Shown here one piece after another: positions 49,584 to 64,000 of a stretch of DNA of 64,000 nucleotides. Each line of letters starts with the position of its first letter. Position 1 is the stretch's first letter. Made by a program: the position numbers and the translations under genes. The notes under the pieces are model-generated. The model searched no databases and had not been told where the DNA came from. It saw nothing but the letters and a program-made list of their open reading frames with translations. Origin of the DNA: Octopus sinensis (lineage: Eukaryota); assembly GCF_006345805.1 (NCBI RefSeq), contig NC_043021.1, positions 13,020,001 to 13,084,000 on the forward strand. The letters run 5' to 3'.

Positions 49584-52264
49584 CTAGAGAAAAGGGAAAA
49601 AACAAAACAAAAACATAATTAAAGTTAATTAACATAGTTAAGTGTTCAATATGAATGTAATTATATTAGTTTAAGTGTTTCTATAGAACAGACCGGGCGT
49701 TGTGAGTGTTTATTGAGCGAAAGCACCTAAAGCTCCACGAGGCTCTGGCAGGGGATGGTGGTGATCCCTGCTGTACTCTTTCACCACAACTTTCTCTCAC
49801 TCTTACTTCTTGTTTCTGTTGTACCTGTATTTCAAAGGGCCGGCCTTGTCACTCTCTGTGTCACGCTGAATATCCCCGAGAACTACGTTAAGGGTACACG
49901 TGTCTGTGGAGTGCTCAGCCACTTACACGTTAATTTCACGAGTAGGCTGTTCCATTGATTCAGATCAACCGGAACCCTCGTCGTCGTAACCGATGGAGTG
50001 CTTCCATTTTCCATAGAGCAGAACTCTCACCATTCAGATTTCCAACCAAATAGTCCAAAACCATGTTTTTCATGTCACAGAAATGAAATATTAAGGGGGG
50101 GAGGGGGAATCATAATGCATGTGGTAGCTCAATGTTCTGGCCATTATTAACTCCTTAGCATTCAAATTACTTGGTCAAATGTAATGCTTATTCATTCATT
50201 TTGTTTTAAATTAATCATAATCATGAATTATTTCGTAGCTTTTGAGATTTCAATCCCATCATTGCATATTTTTAAAATGACATTATAGGCACACTTTCTA
50301 ATGATGATGATGAAGAATCAGTCATATAGAAAGTGACAAGGACCATCAAGAAACTTCAAATACTCAACATTTTAAATGACTTGTTCTAAGTGACCATCAC
50401 TAGGGACCTGAACTTCTAAACAAAGTCTTTTGGAATAGCTAGCCTACAATGATAGGCGTATGCCTGTGCATAAGAGTAACCTTAAAGAGAATGAATGATA
50501 GGTTGAGAAAAATTTATCAATCTGACAGAACCCTCCCCACACATACACCTATCCTGCCACTGATATCTATCAAACTTAGCATGAGGAAGCATTATGGATG
50601 AAATTTGATAAAAGGAAGCAGTGTAAAAGCCAACCAAATGGAATGCATCTGCTCTCGGATAATAGGCTTAATTTATTTAGTTTAACATTTCCACCTGTCT
50701 CTTCCCTTTGAGTACCTTAAGCAGAGCCTATTGCAAATATCTGAACCAGGCCTTTGGTCTCAGGTTAACAAAATATCTTCATGCACAGTTTTTAACTTGT
50801 ATCAACCCTTGTGTCATGGGTTTTTTTTCTCTTCCCACCAATCTTCAAACCCTGAGAACCACTCAGTGTGTTTGATTTAGATATTAACCTTAGCTTTTTC
50901 TAGCAGAGGGCATTTTGGGGCATGTCTTTAGACGATGGAGTTTGAATGATTGGGACTTAATTGAAAGGAAACATTAACTAACGCACATCAATCCTAACTA
51001 TTGTTATTTTTCATTTAACAAGAATTATTGCACATCTTAACTATAAGCAGCATGTAGATGAGACCTTTATGTTTTACACAACAAACAAGAATAAATTGTC
51101 TTCAGATTCTTCTTTCTATATTTGCAGTCTTTCACTCAAAATGTCTCCACAGAGTTCTCAGTCTTGAATGGAAATTTAACCAATGTTTCAATTGTAAGCC
51201 AATGTTTATTAATACCTTTTAGTTTTGTTCTTTAGTCTCTGAATACTGAAACAACCATTATAAAGGGTCCCTTGGGACATCTTGCAACAGAAGCAGCACT
51301 GACTTTAATTTTACCTTCAACAAAATTTATTCTGTTCAGAACTTGTCGGTTCCCATCACCTCCACTGATACCATACTTGCTACCAGTTCCATCAACACAC
51401 AGGAAATTCTGTGAAATATCACAGCTAAATTTACCCCAGTCTGTTCTTCAGAGTCAGAAAGGAAATAAAAATCACTCATTTAGCTGGTAGAATTGGTGAT
51501 AATGTTTAGCCTGCTGAGGATTCTTTAGAATTTAACAGGAACCCCACCAACTTGAAAGAAATTCCCATGTTGACTTTAACTAAAAAGTGATACAGAACAT
51601 GAACTTGTGTACTTTTTGCTACAGTGGTAGTACAACAATTGACTAAAAATACTTTGAATTAACTGGATAGAGGAAATTGCACAGGCACATACATAATATA
51701 TTGGTCTTTGATCCATCAATTCCATGCACAATATACTGTCTTTGATCCACCAAAAATACGCATGATAAATTCTCTCTGACATACAAAATAGATTATCGAT
51801 AAATAACCAAATATATTCTCTTTGATCCGTGAATAGCATATACAATAGATTCTCTTTGATCCTTAATGGTTAGGTAGAAGATAAATTTAAAGCGATCAAA
51901 AACCATTTAAACCTCCAGTTTTATATCTTAGATTTCATCATCATCATCATCATCGTTTAACATCCGCTTTCCATGCTAGCATGGGTAGGACGAATGACTG
52001 AGGGCTGGCGAACCAGATGGCTGCACCAGGCTTCAATCTTGATCTGACAGAGTTTCTACAGCTGGATGCCCTTCCTAACGCCAACCACTCTGAGAGTGTA
52101 GTGGGTGCTTTTACGTGCCACCGGCACGAGGACCAGTCAGGCGGTATTGGTAACGACTTAATGTTTGTCAATAGAGAGGTGGGGAGGTATGTGTGTACTT
52201 ATAAATTTAAGTATACTTTGTAAATACCTCCTTTGAGTAAAACCACCAATAGAAGAGAATATGA

Positions 52265-52525
52265 CGCACCCTCAAAATAAGGGTAGATGAACATTGCAAA
52301 GCTGTGATACGAGGAGATATTGATAAATCGGGTATAGCTGATCATGTATGGAAAAATGGAGACCACTTCCCCCAGTGGGATGAAGTTAAAATAATAGACA
52401 GAGAACACCAATGGAAAATACGAAAACTAAAAGAAGCAGCACATATGCTAGGATACAACAACCTCCTAAGCAGACTGAGTGCAGATATGAACAGCATATC
52501 GGAACCGGTATTAAGGAAGGATAGG
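52265..52525 (+). mobile_element. Penelope-like element remnant (C-terminal part of GIY-YIG endonuclease)
   Basis: RTLKIRVDEHCKAVIRGDIDKSGIADHVWKNGDHFPQWDEVKIIDREHQWKIRKLKEAAHM matches the RxLxxRxxEH...SxIAxH...W...ExxWxxRKxKEA pattern. Confidence 0.8.
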
Positions 52526-53159
52526 CACACAACCTACATGACTTTGCAATAAGAAATTTGATTCTCAATCCCACTGTCCCAGGTTAAGTTCCACTACATG
52601 GTACGTTGGGCAAGTATCTTCTACTTTAACTCTGAGCTGACCAAAGGCTTGAGTGGACTTGGGAACTAAAAGGTGTGTGTGCTTGCTCCTCATCAGTGCT
52701 GGTTTTGTTTACATCCCTATAACTTAGTGCTTCAGCAAAGAAAATAAATAAATAAAAAAAACCAATAGAATAAGTACCAGATTAAAAAAAATATTTAGTA
52801 CTAGGGTCAATTTGTTTGGCTAAAACCTTCAAAGCAGTGCTCCAGCACGGCCACAGTCAGTGAAATCAGTAAAACACACACACTACTGTGGTCAATACAA
52901 CTGACTTATACTTGGGAAATTTAGTGTCCATCTAAGATAAATCAATATTGAATTATTCATAAAGGTGGTGAGTTGGCAGAAACGTTAGCACACCTGGTGA
53001 AATGCTAAGTGATATTTCGTCTGTCTTTACATTCAGACTTCAAATTCCACTGAGGTTGACTTTGCCTTTCATCCTTTCAGGGTCGATAAATTAAGTACCA
53101 GCTGTGTACTGGGGTAGATCTAACAAAGTCAGAAAACAACTGGGGTAGATCTAACAAAG

Positions 53160-53392
53160 TCAGAAAACAACACAGCTCCCATGACTTTCGGAAACATTTC
53201 TTCACGCTCAGAGTTGCTGAAGCATGGAATAAACTGCCTGCGTCAGTTGTTGACTGCCATGACACTGCATCCTTTAAGGCCCTCATGCTTTCCGAAATCC
53301 GTCGAAACTACACCTGATTATATATGCACTTTAGATGAGTTGTAGTGCACCTGAGCACTGTACACAATGTTTATTATTATTATTATTATTTT
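53160..53392 (+). mobile_element. CR1-type LINE 3' end inserted in a family C SINE
   Basis: HDFRKHFFTLRVAEAWNKLPASVV...TASFK, then a short UTR and (TTA)n tail. A 31-bp duplication lies at its 5' junction. Confidence 0.75.
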
Positions 53393-56300
53393 AAACTACC
53401 TCAACTCCCCCGAAATTTTGAGCCTTGTACTTAGAGTAGAAAAGAATATTGAATTATTCATAATATCAAATGGCCTAGATATTTTAATAGCCATAGGAAA
53501 AGTTTTTTTCTTTTGCGACATAAAACTTTTATTCTGTAGCTGGCTCAGCCGCTACCCACAATACTGTAACAGGATTTGGGGCAAACTACAATCACTTCAT
53601 TGCTTTCCATCTTTCTAATGTAATGGAAATCAATCACCACTGTCACCTTGCTTTACGGTAACACAAAGCAAGGACAGCTATGCAGAGACCTTCAGTAAAT
53701 AGCAGAGTTAAACTTAATTCAGACAGAAAACATAAGTTCTGTATTAAACCATATCCCAGATATATATGGATCATGCCTCACCTGTAGTTCACTATAAATC
53801 AAAAATGGGTAAGTATTAACCCATTAGCATTCAGATTCCTCTGTCGAATGTAATGCTTATTATGATCACACTGCTTTGAATTAATGTTGTATTCTCTCTT
53901 GGCTTTGGGGTTTCATTGATTATGCTTACGTTTAGAATGACCAACCAAAGCCTTCTGAGAGGATTTGGTAGATGGAAACTGAAAGAAGCCTGTCATACAC
54001 ACACACACACACGTGTGTGTGATTCTTTGTGTCTGTGTGTCCCCTATCTTCATTTGACAACTGGTGCTGGTGTGTTTACGTTCCCATGACATAGTGGTTC
54101 GGCAAAAGAGATCGATAGAATAAGTACTGGGCTTAAATAAAACAAGTCCTGGGGGTTGATTTGTTCAACTAAAACCCATCAAGGCAGTGCCCCAGTATGG
54201 CCAGTCATGAAAAACAAGTAAAAAAAAAAAGTATTTTAAATGTCATACAACTAAATAGAAAAGGGTTAGCACTGTATACAATAATTTCATTTTTATTATT
54301 TTAAAATAAAAATAGTTCTTTCTTAGAGTTTAAGATAGATATGGAAGTGGGGTAGGGACAAGAAGTTGAACTAATTTTGTTTTGGGCTTGTGGTTAAGAA
54401 AGCTAGCTCATTTTGCAACCTTCAGGTTCAGTCCCAACCTTCAGGCTTCAGGTTCAGTCCCACTGCAAAGCACTTTGGGCAAGTGTCTTCTACTACTCTG
54501 GGCTGACCAAAGTCTTGTGAATGAACCTGGTAGACAGGAATTCCATGCACATGTGTGCATGCGTACGTGTGTGCACACGCGCACGCTCTAGCATTTTGGT
54601 CTTCTCACCATACACCACCAGACAACCAGTATTGGTTTGTTTACACCCCAGTAGCATAGTAGTTCAACAAAAGAGGTTGATAAAATAACTATCAGAACCC
54701 CCCCCCCCCACAAACTAAATACTGGGGTTGGTTGGCTAAACCCTTCAGAGTGGTTGGTGCTTCAGCATGACAACAGTCCAATTACTGAAACCAGGTAGGG
54801 AAAAAAAAAAAAAAGATCCAAGAATTATAACTGTTGTAAATGCCTGTAAACAGAAATGACACCAAAAATATCTAAACTTCCATACTGCAATATTTCAATA
54901 CCCTAACTACAAACCAACGAGAGAGCCTTTTCTGGGAGAGCAAACCTCCCCTTAAATCACGTACTACAGTCTCAAGTTACTGGATGCTAGAGTCTTCTCT
55001 AGTTTTACTTAAAAAATTTTTTTAAATTAGAGTGCTCGTGGGGCTGGGATAGCTTCGATTATAGGTCAATTCTCCAATGGATGACCAAAGGCTTAAACAA
55101 CAGACCAACTCCCAAAAGAAATATCTTATGCAGATATGTTTATAAGGTTACTAAGAGGAGATACACACACACATGCATTGCCTGCTAAACGTATGTGAAC
55201 CTCCTCCCTCATAAAATGCTTCATTTATAAATAATACAAGTTGAATTATTCTGAATTATAGAGATACTGACTCTAGTTGGCCTATGAGGGAAGTATTTCA
55301 GAAAAGATATTTTATAAGAGACAAGCTCGCTTTAACAGACAGACTGACTATGTATCTGTCTGTCCTGCTTTTAAAGCAAGGGTGTGAAGACTGACAGCGA
55401 CTGCTACTACTTATAAATGGGGTAACTAACTACCAGCACAACTAGGTTAGTCTGATATTAAGTAGTTTTTCAGTTCTCCTGGGAGGACAGCATTCAACAG
55501 TCAATTAAGACTTTTTCTTTTTTCTTTCCCTTTCAGTAGAAAACTTATATTAAGTTAATTGATAGACATTCCTGAGTTACTAGTCAACATCAATAACATT
55601 ACTATTAAATACTATAAGAGATGGCCTGGTTTTTCTTTAGTCAACATCTCACTCAAGTGAAGACAGATTGACTGTGGGTGAGTGTGCGAATATTAAAGTA
55701 AGCCATTTTAATAACTACACTCAAGTTTAAAAATAGAGAGAGCTTTTTCTAGCTGTTTAGATCAGGGATAGATTAAGTAAACTAAAATACAATCTAGCTG
55801 GGACCATCCCTTCTTTTTAGGAACATCTACAACTACAGTGTCCAATGTGTCCTTTATTTAAAATGGTAGGTTCTGATTTGAGGAAGAATTGGTTGCTATT
55901 TCTAGTTGGTTGAGCGACTATTTCGAGTAGAAGATCCCTTGTTGGTTTGAATTTTCAAAGTTTGTTGTACATATGTATTAAGGGATTTTGTCATTAATTA
56001 AAACTGGAAATTAGAAACGATTGAATAAAAAAAGTAAAATAAAATCAAATTTCCATATTTGTAGGACAGATGGAAAATATGAGGCATTTGCCAGTAACCA
56101 GAAACTCAAATACTGAAGTTTGAGAAAGAGAGAGATTATTCTTTTAAGTAACAACTGATGCATTTTTAATTAAAAATGTTTGAAGATGATAAGCTAATTG
56201 ATAAAATATCTCTTGGTAAAAAGTCCTAAAATTTTCTTTAAAAAAAAAAATCAGCAAACAGCTAAATTCTAAATATAGTTTGAAATTTTGGATAACTTTT

Positions 56301-57124
56301 GTGTCGAGAAGGGGAGAGTAAAATCAAGATTGTGTGTGATAGTAATATGAAGATTGCGTGTGTGTGTGAGAGAGAGAAACAATTTTATATCCAAACCCTA
56401 GAACAGTTTTGCAATAAAATTTCTGCTGACACAGAAGAAGACCACCATTAGTTTCTGCATCCTGTAGTTGTGCAGTGCTTTAACTATTTAAACAAACCAA
56501 CCTCGACTCCCAAGTTACAGACAGCTGAATTACCAGCCACCCAGAGAAGACAGCAGATATGAAGAAATTAATATTTTAATTAGTTTATGTAATTAGTGAC
56601 ATGTGATCCCCACAGAAAATTCAATAACAGGGCAATTTTAATATCTGAGAGGAATGACTACCATCACCACTACTACTACCACTACTATGAAGTAGAGGTA
56701 CCTAGCAGATGGATGCTCCAAGATAAGCCAATTCAAGGGTAGAGAGTGAGGTGGGGTGTCAAAAACATACACTAGAAGAATGCTGTGAAGTTGGTCAGAT
56801 CCTTTCAACTATATTAACTGATAGAAATATTCAACATTTTAATGTAGAAATTCACAAATTTTTCTGTAGACACTAAAGTGTGTGTGTAATCAACTTAACT
56901 AGTAGCAGAAAGGAAGGCAGCTTTATATCTTACATCAATTAGGCCAGAGAAAGGACAATCGGATTAGTGTGTAAGAGTGTGATGCAAGCAACTGAACTGC
57001 AGTAACCTTCCCAAAAGATAGCTTCTCTCCAGCACCTTATCTGTTCCTCCAAAGAATTTCTCTTGATAACAGACCTATTACACTGACACCTATCATACTC
57101 TCCTACCACATTGCACAGCCTGCC

Positions 57125-57155
<31 letters not shown>

Positions 57156-57989
57156 TATATATATATAAAACAAGCCACATATGACTAAGGTTTAGAGACT
57201 TATAAATAGCCAAAATAATGTAATCAGTTTATTTCTATAAATATAAATATATCTAAATTTTACCCTCAACTAAGGCTTAACAGAATTCTTTTGTTTTTAA
57301 ATCTACAGAAAGCTAAACGGTTTTATCGAGTCTTAAAAAGGTAAAGTATATTTTAGGAATTGCTAAAAGAAATTAAAAAAAAACAAAAAAAAAACATTAC
57401 CTAACAGGATTAATTAAGCAATTAACTGAATAATATTTTTTTCTTTTAAAGTAATTCCTGGAAGGTGGGTAGTGGCCATGATCTTTGGAAGACCTTCTTC
57501 TCAGACTGGTTTAGTTCTTTTATAAAATGTTTATAAATATGATTTCACTGATATAGAATTCAAGATAGAAAATATTTATTTTCAAACTAACTGGCTTTTA
57601 GTTTTAAAATGAAATTATTTCGGTCTACTAAAACGGACTGTCAGTTCCTATCATGTAGTTACACACACTATATAAATAAATAAAATCTGACAACGGAGCA
57701 AGATACCTGGCGCCTAGCCATACTCAAGAAGACCTGTACCCAGCAGCAGAAGTGTTAAGACTGATCCTGCTGGTGGTGTTAAAGCACTCGTAGCAGTACC
57801 ATATAAAAGCACCCAGCACACACTGTAAAGTGGTTGGCATTAGGAAGGGCATCCAACCATTGAAACCATATCAGAACAGACAATAGAGTCTGGTGCAGCT
57901 CCTTGGATTGCCAGCTCTGGTCAAACCATCCCACCCATGCCACGACGAAAATGATGATGAAAATCATCAATTCCATTGAGACTTAGGAC

Positions 57990-58920
57990 AGTGGAGAATT
58001 ATTGCCAGTGACCTGCATCATGCTCTCTATAGTCCATCATAGATGTTACCCAAGGAATGGGAAAACTGAGCAGTTGCCCAGGAACCAAATTCTGATTTTT
58101 GTATAGAGCCTAGTGCATTGATTTGCCCTAAAATGTTGCTAAGACAGCTCTGCGTGTTCCTGTTCAGGAAATCCTTGTTTGATAATACTTATCGCTGATT
58201 TGATACAGTATGTCCCCAATTCTGTATAGCCACTTTATCTCTTCAGCAATTGATAGGTCCTTAACCAGAGATTCCTGTGGCCAATTTTCTTAGCTAGCAG
58301 ATGCAGAGGATTCTTCACAGGCAGCTGTTTATGAAGGTTTGTACCTTCTCAAGTGTGATTTTGGTAGTAAACCTAGACTCTGCACCATAAAGCAGGGCTG
58401 CTTTAGTGTTGGAGGTCAGCCTGATTTTTATGGCTATCGTCAGAAATCTAGATCTCCAGATGTTCTTGAGAATCAGAAAGACTGCCAATTTTTACCCTTA
58501 CATCAGCAGCTCTGTCACCATTTTTATCAGTGCTGTTCTCTAAGATGTCCTTGAGAAGCAGAAAGATTTCAGTTTTTACCAGCAGTGCCACCATTTTTAC
58601 CAGCACTGCTCTCCGGGATGTTCTTGAGAAGCAGAAAGACTTTGCCAATTTTTACCCATACGTATGAAATAGTGCCACCATTTTTACCAGTGCTACTCTC
58701 CAGGTATTTGAAAGGCCTCTACTTCTTCCATTGCTGTGCCAACCCAGTTCTGCACTACTTCAGGAATTTCTTTCATGAATTTGCAGATCAACTGTCTTTG
58801 AAGGGGTTGTCAAACAACTGTTACGAACTGACTGAGACAATCATTGGTAAAATCCAGTACTTCCAGTTGTGTGAGAGATGTGGGTGCCTTCCTTCATGAT
58901 TCAGCCTATAACCAGCAGTT
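57990..58920 (-). mobile_element. Decayed RTE-clade LINE RT C-terminal fragment with internal tandem triplication
   Basis: Minus-strand frames give EEVEAFKYLES, DVRVKIG, LKNIWRS, KAALLYGAES, EKVQTFINSCL, with frameshifts and stops. Confidence 0.75.
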
Positions 58921-59984
58921 TATTTAAAGACTCACAAAAAGAAATAAATGGCAGAGAGATTCGTGGTGGCCAAACAACTAACAGTTTTGGAAAAAATTAA
59001 GACAGGAGTGAGAGAAAGTCACTGGCTATTCTCTTTTCTCTTCTTGCAGATCATAGAATGGATCACACAGTAGATTCAAATTTACAAAGTGTATGTATGA
59101 AAATATTTTGATCATAACGTTCATCACAAAATATACAATACTTCCAGAAAATTGTTCAAACCAAAATCTTTATAAGAGAATCTACAGACACAAACTGAGA
59201 TAGGTAATTTAAGTGCAATGAATTAGTTATACTTCTAAAAATACACAAAATTTAACAATTCCTAATAATATTTATAGAAATATAATAGGGATGAGAGGGG
59301 TCCATCCCAGCGAAATAGGGAAGGGGTCCATAGGTAAAAATGATTGTGAATGGATTTAAAGAATGCAATGGAGTTTCATCTAATTATAGTCAAGGAATAT
59401 TTGCAGTCTTTGGTAGAACAAAACATTTTGTATTTATAAAAGAATAAGCTGTCCATTTTGGATGCACAAGTGAGCCCACTACAAGGGTATCGGACTAGTT
59501 ACCTCAACCCCTTGAAACATAATAGACTACACACTTCCCTACAGTCATGAACTGAGCATTTTAATTCTTTCAATACCAACCTGTCTGGGACTGCTTCTGG
59601 TTTTTGGATGCAAAGCAATACATCTAAAAGTGTTCATCTCTTCATAAATTTAATCAGAGAACTATCTGCTAAGTTGTTCCATACACCTAATAATAATGGC
59701 TTCAAATTTTGGTAGAGGGCCATGTAGAAGAAGTGGATTTCGTTGACCTTAAGACTTGACTGGTATGTCTTCTATTAACCCAGAAAGGACGAAATGCTAA
59801 GTTGATCTCAGTAGAATTTGAATTTAGAAAATAAAAATGTATGAAATGCTAAGCTTTTTGTCCAGCATGCTAATGGTTCTGCTGGCTCGCCATCTCCAAA
59901 TACCTTATAATTGATTTATTTTATTAACTCTGATTTTTTTTTTATTATTTATGGAAAGTCAAGTTCCAGCTTCTGACTTACAGG

Positions 59985-60330
59985 GATGCTGCGCCTCCCC
60001 TCTGTCTTTTCTATGTCAACTATAATGGCCTCTGTTTCTTGGATTTGGCTGATCTTGTACCACCATCACCCTTTAGGCACCTCCAGCCTACTCATCTCCC
60101 TTATCTCTTGCCAACATCATCTCTCCTCCACTTCGAGTACACTAACCACTGTTCCCAGTATGTCAGAACCTTCCCCACTGCTTATGTTTTTCCAATATGT
60201 GTTGACCTACAACAGTTTAAAACAGAACATCAACTTAATTGATCCAACTGAACTGGTCCCAGAGAGCCTGTAAAGGACCATGGACTGTGCTGCTTCCACT
60301 GGACGCAGAGAAAGAAATAAAAATTCCGTT
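59985..60330 (+). mobile_element. Decayed LINE (CR1/L2/Jockey-like) 3' fragment
   Basis: LCLFYVNYNGLC...DLADLVPP pattern resembles LINE ORF2 C-termini; A-rich end. Confidence 0.45.
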
Positions 60331-63300
60331 CAAAATGTTATGAAAGGATTAATGTTTACATGAACTATAATCCTATCTTTTACTGGTTTCATTCCGACTG
60401 CAGCTGTGTTGGGGTAGTGCCCCAAAGGGTGTGGTCAAACAAATTGACCTTAGTACTTTTAGTACTTTTTTCTAAGTCTACCTATTCTATTGGGATCCTT
60501 TTTGATAAATTAAGCTGCAGAGTGGCAAACACACACACAAAAGGCTTTTTTTGAGTTTCCATCTACCAAATTCATTCACAAAATTGACTCAATGCTATAG
60601 TAGAAGGCACTTGCCCAAGGAGTCACAGAGTGGGACTGAACCTGGAACCATGTGGTCAAGAAGCAAGCTTCTCACCATGCAGTCAATGCCTGCACCCTGT
60701 CAAATGCTGAAAGGGGGAAGAAAAAAAATTACTATTTCAAGTTGATTTTCTGTAGCAAGTTCTTTTAGCTGGAGGCAAGGAGAAAAAGAAACTGGATCCA
60801 CAAAGCAGATAAGGAGGACTAAATAAAAAGTAAAACAAAAAATTCTAGGAGGTAAGTAACTGCAATGAGTCATCAGCCATTCATAGAGATGTGAAAACTT
60901 AACACTCCTACATACTTCAACAGCTGTCAGGAAGAAAGAGAAAGAGGGGGGAGGAAGGTGTGAGAGAGAAAGAAAGAGAAAAAAAAGTGGGATAGGTCCA
61001 TGCTAAGCAGTATTACTATCAGGGTTACTAGTACTACTACCACTATTACTCTTTGCCGAAGCTGCTACTACTACTGCTGCTGCTGCTGCTAGATTTAGTT
61101 GTGGCAGTTAGTTAACAGCAATTGATAATAGTATTCAATACTGAACTTGCATAAACCACAGAATAGAGTTGACTGTATAAAGGGTTTAATAATCATTAAA
61201 TGGTTAAATTATTCAACACTAATTTTGGTGTGAGTGTGTGTTTGTGTGTGTGTGTGTGATACCAAGAGAATTGGTGACCTCCTCCCCTACAGCAATCTTT
61301 TCAATGAAATTTCATACCGAAATGCTTAATTAATTACAACCCACACAGTCTTTGCTGGTTTGGCAATCACACCAGGCAACCATGGTGGGCGACACTGAGG
61401 TGGCACATTTAGAGGAAATGCATCAGTAGAAAAATTAGTGTAGGGGGAGTTGACCGAGCCCTGGGGCATTCTTAAAATGATACAAAGGGGATGAGTAAAG
61501 TTCCAGTACCATGTACTGCAATGGGAGTAGCGACCAGAGGAAGGTAGCTAATTTGGCCAGGAGATTTTGGTGACATGTTTGAAGGATTTGGCTGATGTCA
61601 ATTTTTCTTCCTATAAAGATTTTCAAGGGCTCTTTGGTGTGAGTGACACAAGTCCCAAGTACCCAGTATCATTATTGCTTGCTGGGCAGTCATGGGACTG
61701 CAGCCATGCAGGGGCACTGCCTTGAAGGTTTTAGTCAAACAAATTAACCCCGTCCCTGCAACATGTTTAAGCCTGGTACTTGTTTCATCGGGCTTTTGCT
61801 GAACCACTAGGCTATAGGGACATAACCAAACCAATACTGGTTCTCAAGTGATGGAACAAACAAATACAATATATATAACAGGCTTCCACAGTTTCTGTCT
61901 ACCACTCACAAGATACAGATTGGCTCCGGGCCATAGAAACACTTGACAAAAGTACCATACAGTGGGACTGAACCTGAAACCACATGCTTGCAAAGCAAGC
62001 TTCTTAACCACACAGCCATGCTTGCACACACAAATGTGTGTATGTGTGTGTGTGTTACTTGTTTCAGTCAATTGATTGCAGCCATGCTGGGGCACTGCCT
62101 TGAAAATAAAATATGGACCACTTCACAAATTCGCATGTCATAGTATATAAGATAGACTGCCACAGTTTCTGTCTCACCCACAGTTTCTCTGTTCCACAAT
62201 ATCCCTCACAGTTCCTGTTATGTGGGCCAAATTTAAGTTAAGTTGTTGAATTGTGAAGCTAAACAGTTTAAGAAATACTCCTAATTTAAATGCTTATGAA
62301 CAGAATTAAACTAGTAAAATCATAAATCCAGCTATACGAGTCAATGAGTCCCTGAAGCTTGGCAATACTGAGTTGATGAGTCACTGATGCTTTGTTAGTA
62401 CTGTGCTTTAAGTGTAGGTGTGCGGTTGTGTACTAAGTTCACATATTCCATTCATCTTCATAATGCTAAGTAAGTGTATAAACATCGCAAACAACTTTTG
62501 CTATATATGAAAAATATGTAAAATATTAAGACAATTGATGAAAAATATTTATAATGGAATTCTAATTGACAAATATAATTTTTTATTGAAACAAAACACA
62601 CAGGTGAAGTAAATCACGTGGTGTGAGGAATCAACACAAAATGTGTGGGCAAAGTGAAACAACACAACGTGCGGTTGTCATGGTAACATGCTGTTAATGC
62701 CTCACTGTCTGTTGATTGGTTAAAATTACCCAAATTTCCCAACTTTAATTCCAAATAACATCAAATTCTTTAATTTACGAGATAAAGTAATTAGTTGATC
62801 GTGATCAAAATTCAGAGTTGCATCGATGCACCAAAACTGAGAGCAATCTGAGCAAAATTAAAGGGGACTAATTTTGTGAATCAGTTTAACCAGATCCGAA
62901 ATTATACAAGTAGTTAGCAGCATGTTAGTCAGGTCAGCAAGATTACTTTTTCAGGGGTTTGCTATATAGTTGCACACAGTGGAATATTTTGATGGTTTAA
63001 ATATTTACTGTTAACTTGAAAGATTTAACCATTTATCCTTTACCTGTTTCAGTCATTTGAACAAGGCCATGCTGGGGCACTACTGCCTTGAAGAATTTTT
63101 AGCCAAATGAATCAACTCAAGTATTTGTTTAAATTTTTTAAGCCTGGTACTTATTCTATCGGTCTCTTAACTGCTAAGTTACAGGAACGGAAACACACCA
63201 GCACTGGTTGTCAAGCAGTGGTGGGGAACACAAACACTACAGGCTTCTTTCAATTCTTGTCTACCAAATCCACTCACAAGGCTTTGGTCAGCCTGAGGCT

Positions 63301-64000
63301 ATATAGTAGAAGTCACTTGCTCAAGTTGCCATGCAGTGGGACTGAACCCGAAACCATGTGGTTGGGAAGCAAGCATTTTACCACACAGCAACGCCTGTGC
63401 CTGTATTTTTGAACATGTATGATTTATACATGTTTTCAAGCAATTTGAATTTCTTTGCAACAAACCAACCACTTAAACTCATTAAATATTTGATTAATTC
63501 ATATAAAATCATTTCATATATTTAGAACAATAAGACTCAATTAGATCATAATCAGTAGATTGACAGTTACAATTTTAACCTTCTAGCATTTAAACTGGCC
63601 ATACCCAGCCCAAATATTCTACCCATTTTATGATCACCATTGGCCAGAACCTGCTTTCCACTCAACAATGTCATTCTAAAAACTGAAAAAAAAACCCATC
63701 AAAATCTCTAAGCTACAAGAATCTTGTAGCTTAGAGATTTTGAATCTTGTAGCTTAGAGATTTTGAATCTTGTAGCTTAGAGATTTTGATGGGGTTTTTT
63801 TGATAATTTTTTTTTTGATAAATGCTTGATAAATTCAAAATGTGAATAAATAAGCATTACATTTGACAGAGGAATCTGAACGCAAAAGGGTTAACCCTTT
63901 CGTTACTGTATTTATTTTGAGATACTCTGTGTTTCTTTCAATTACTTGAAATATAACAAAAAATTTACTAAAATGACATAGTTATCATTCAGCTAGTGAT

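Noticed and set aside
51075-51090. tacacaacaaacaag (YTTNK) resembling the first Cdc42 exon
   Set aside because: Wrong strand and no flanking GDGAVGKT or FPSEYVPT.

Overview
AT-rich, intron-rich animal genomic DNA. The SINE and MITE repertoire suggests a cephalopod, probably Octopus (inference). Three spliced genes were reconstructed by hand from GT-AG junctions with consistent phases. (1) RPL6 on +, 5 coding exons, 890-7490, 268 aa. (2) A convergent uncharacterised gene on -, 4 coding exons, 22406-10531, about 734 aa, with a 10-aa SQ-containing tandem repeat, an acidic YxF motif and a putative helical or coiled-coil segment. (3) Cdc42 on -, with three coding exons visible (49583-35862); the exon for residues 1-35 was not found and is presumably beyond the window end. 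The rest is mostly SINEs (at least 5 families), TTAA-flanked piggyBac-like MITEs, a Helitron, a Merlin-like MITE and decayed LINE, mariner and Penelope fragments. The most interesting signal is a set of three unrelated short non-autonomous elements. All share a Penelope-like architecture (partial inverted terminal duplication, with 11-12 bp TSDs in two cases) and carry hammerhead-ribozyme-like cores. One is a 363-nt retrozyme-like unit whose hammerhead is sense to the Cdc42 intron, and one is a tRNA-headed SINE with a hammerhead-like tail. A Penelope GIY-YIG remnant lies nearby. Most short ORFs in the supplied track are repeat-derived noise.
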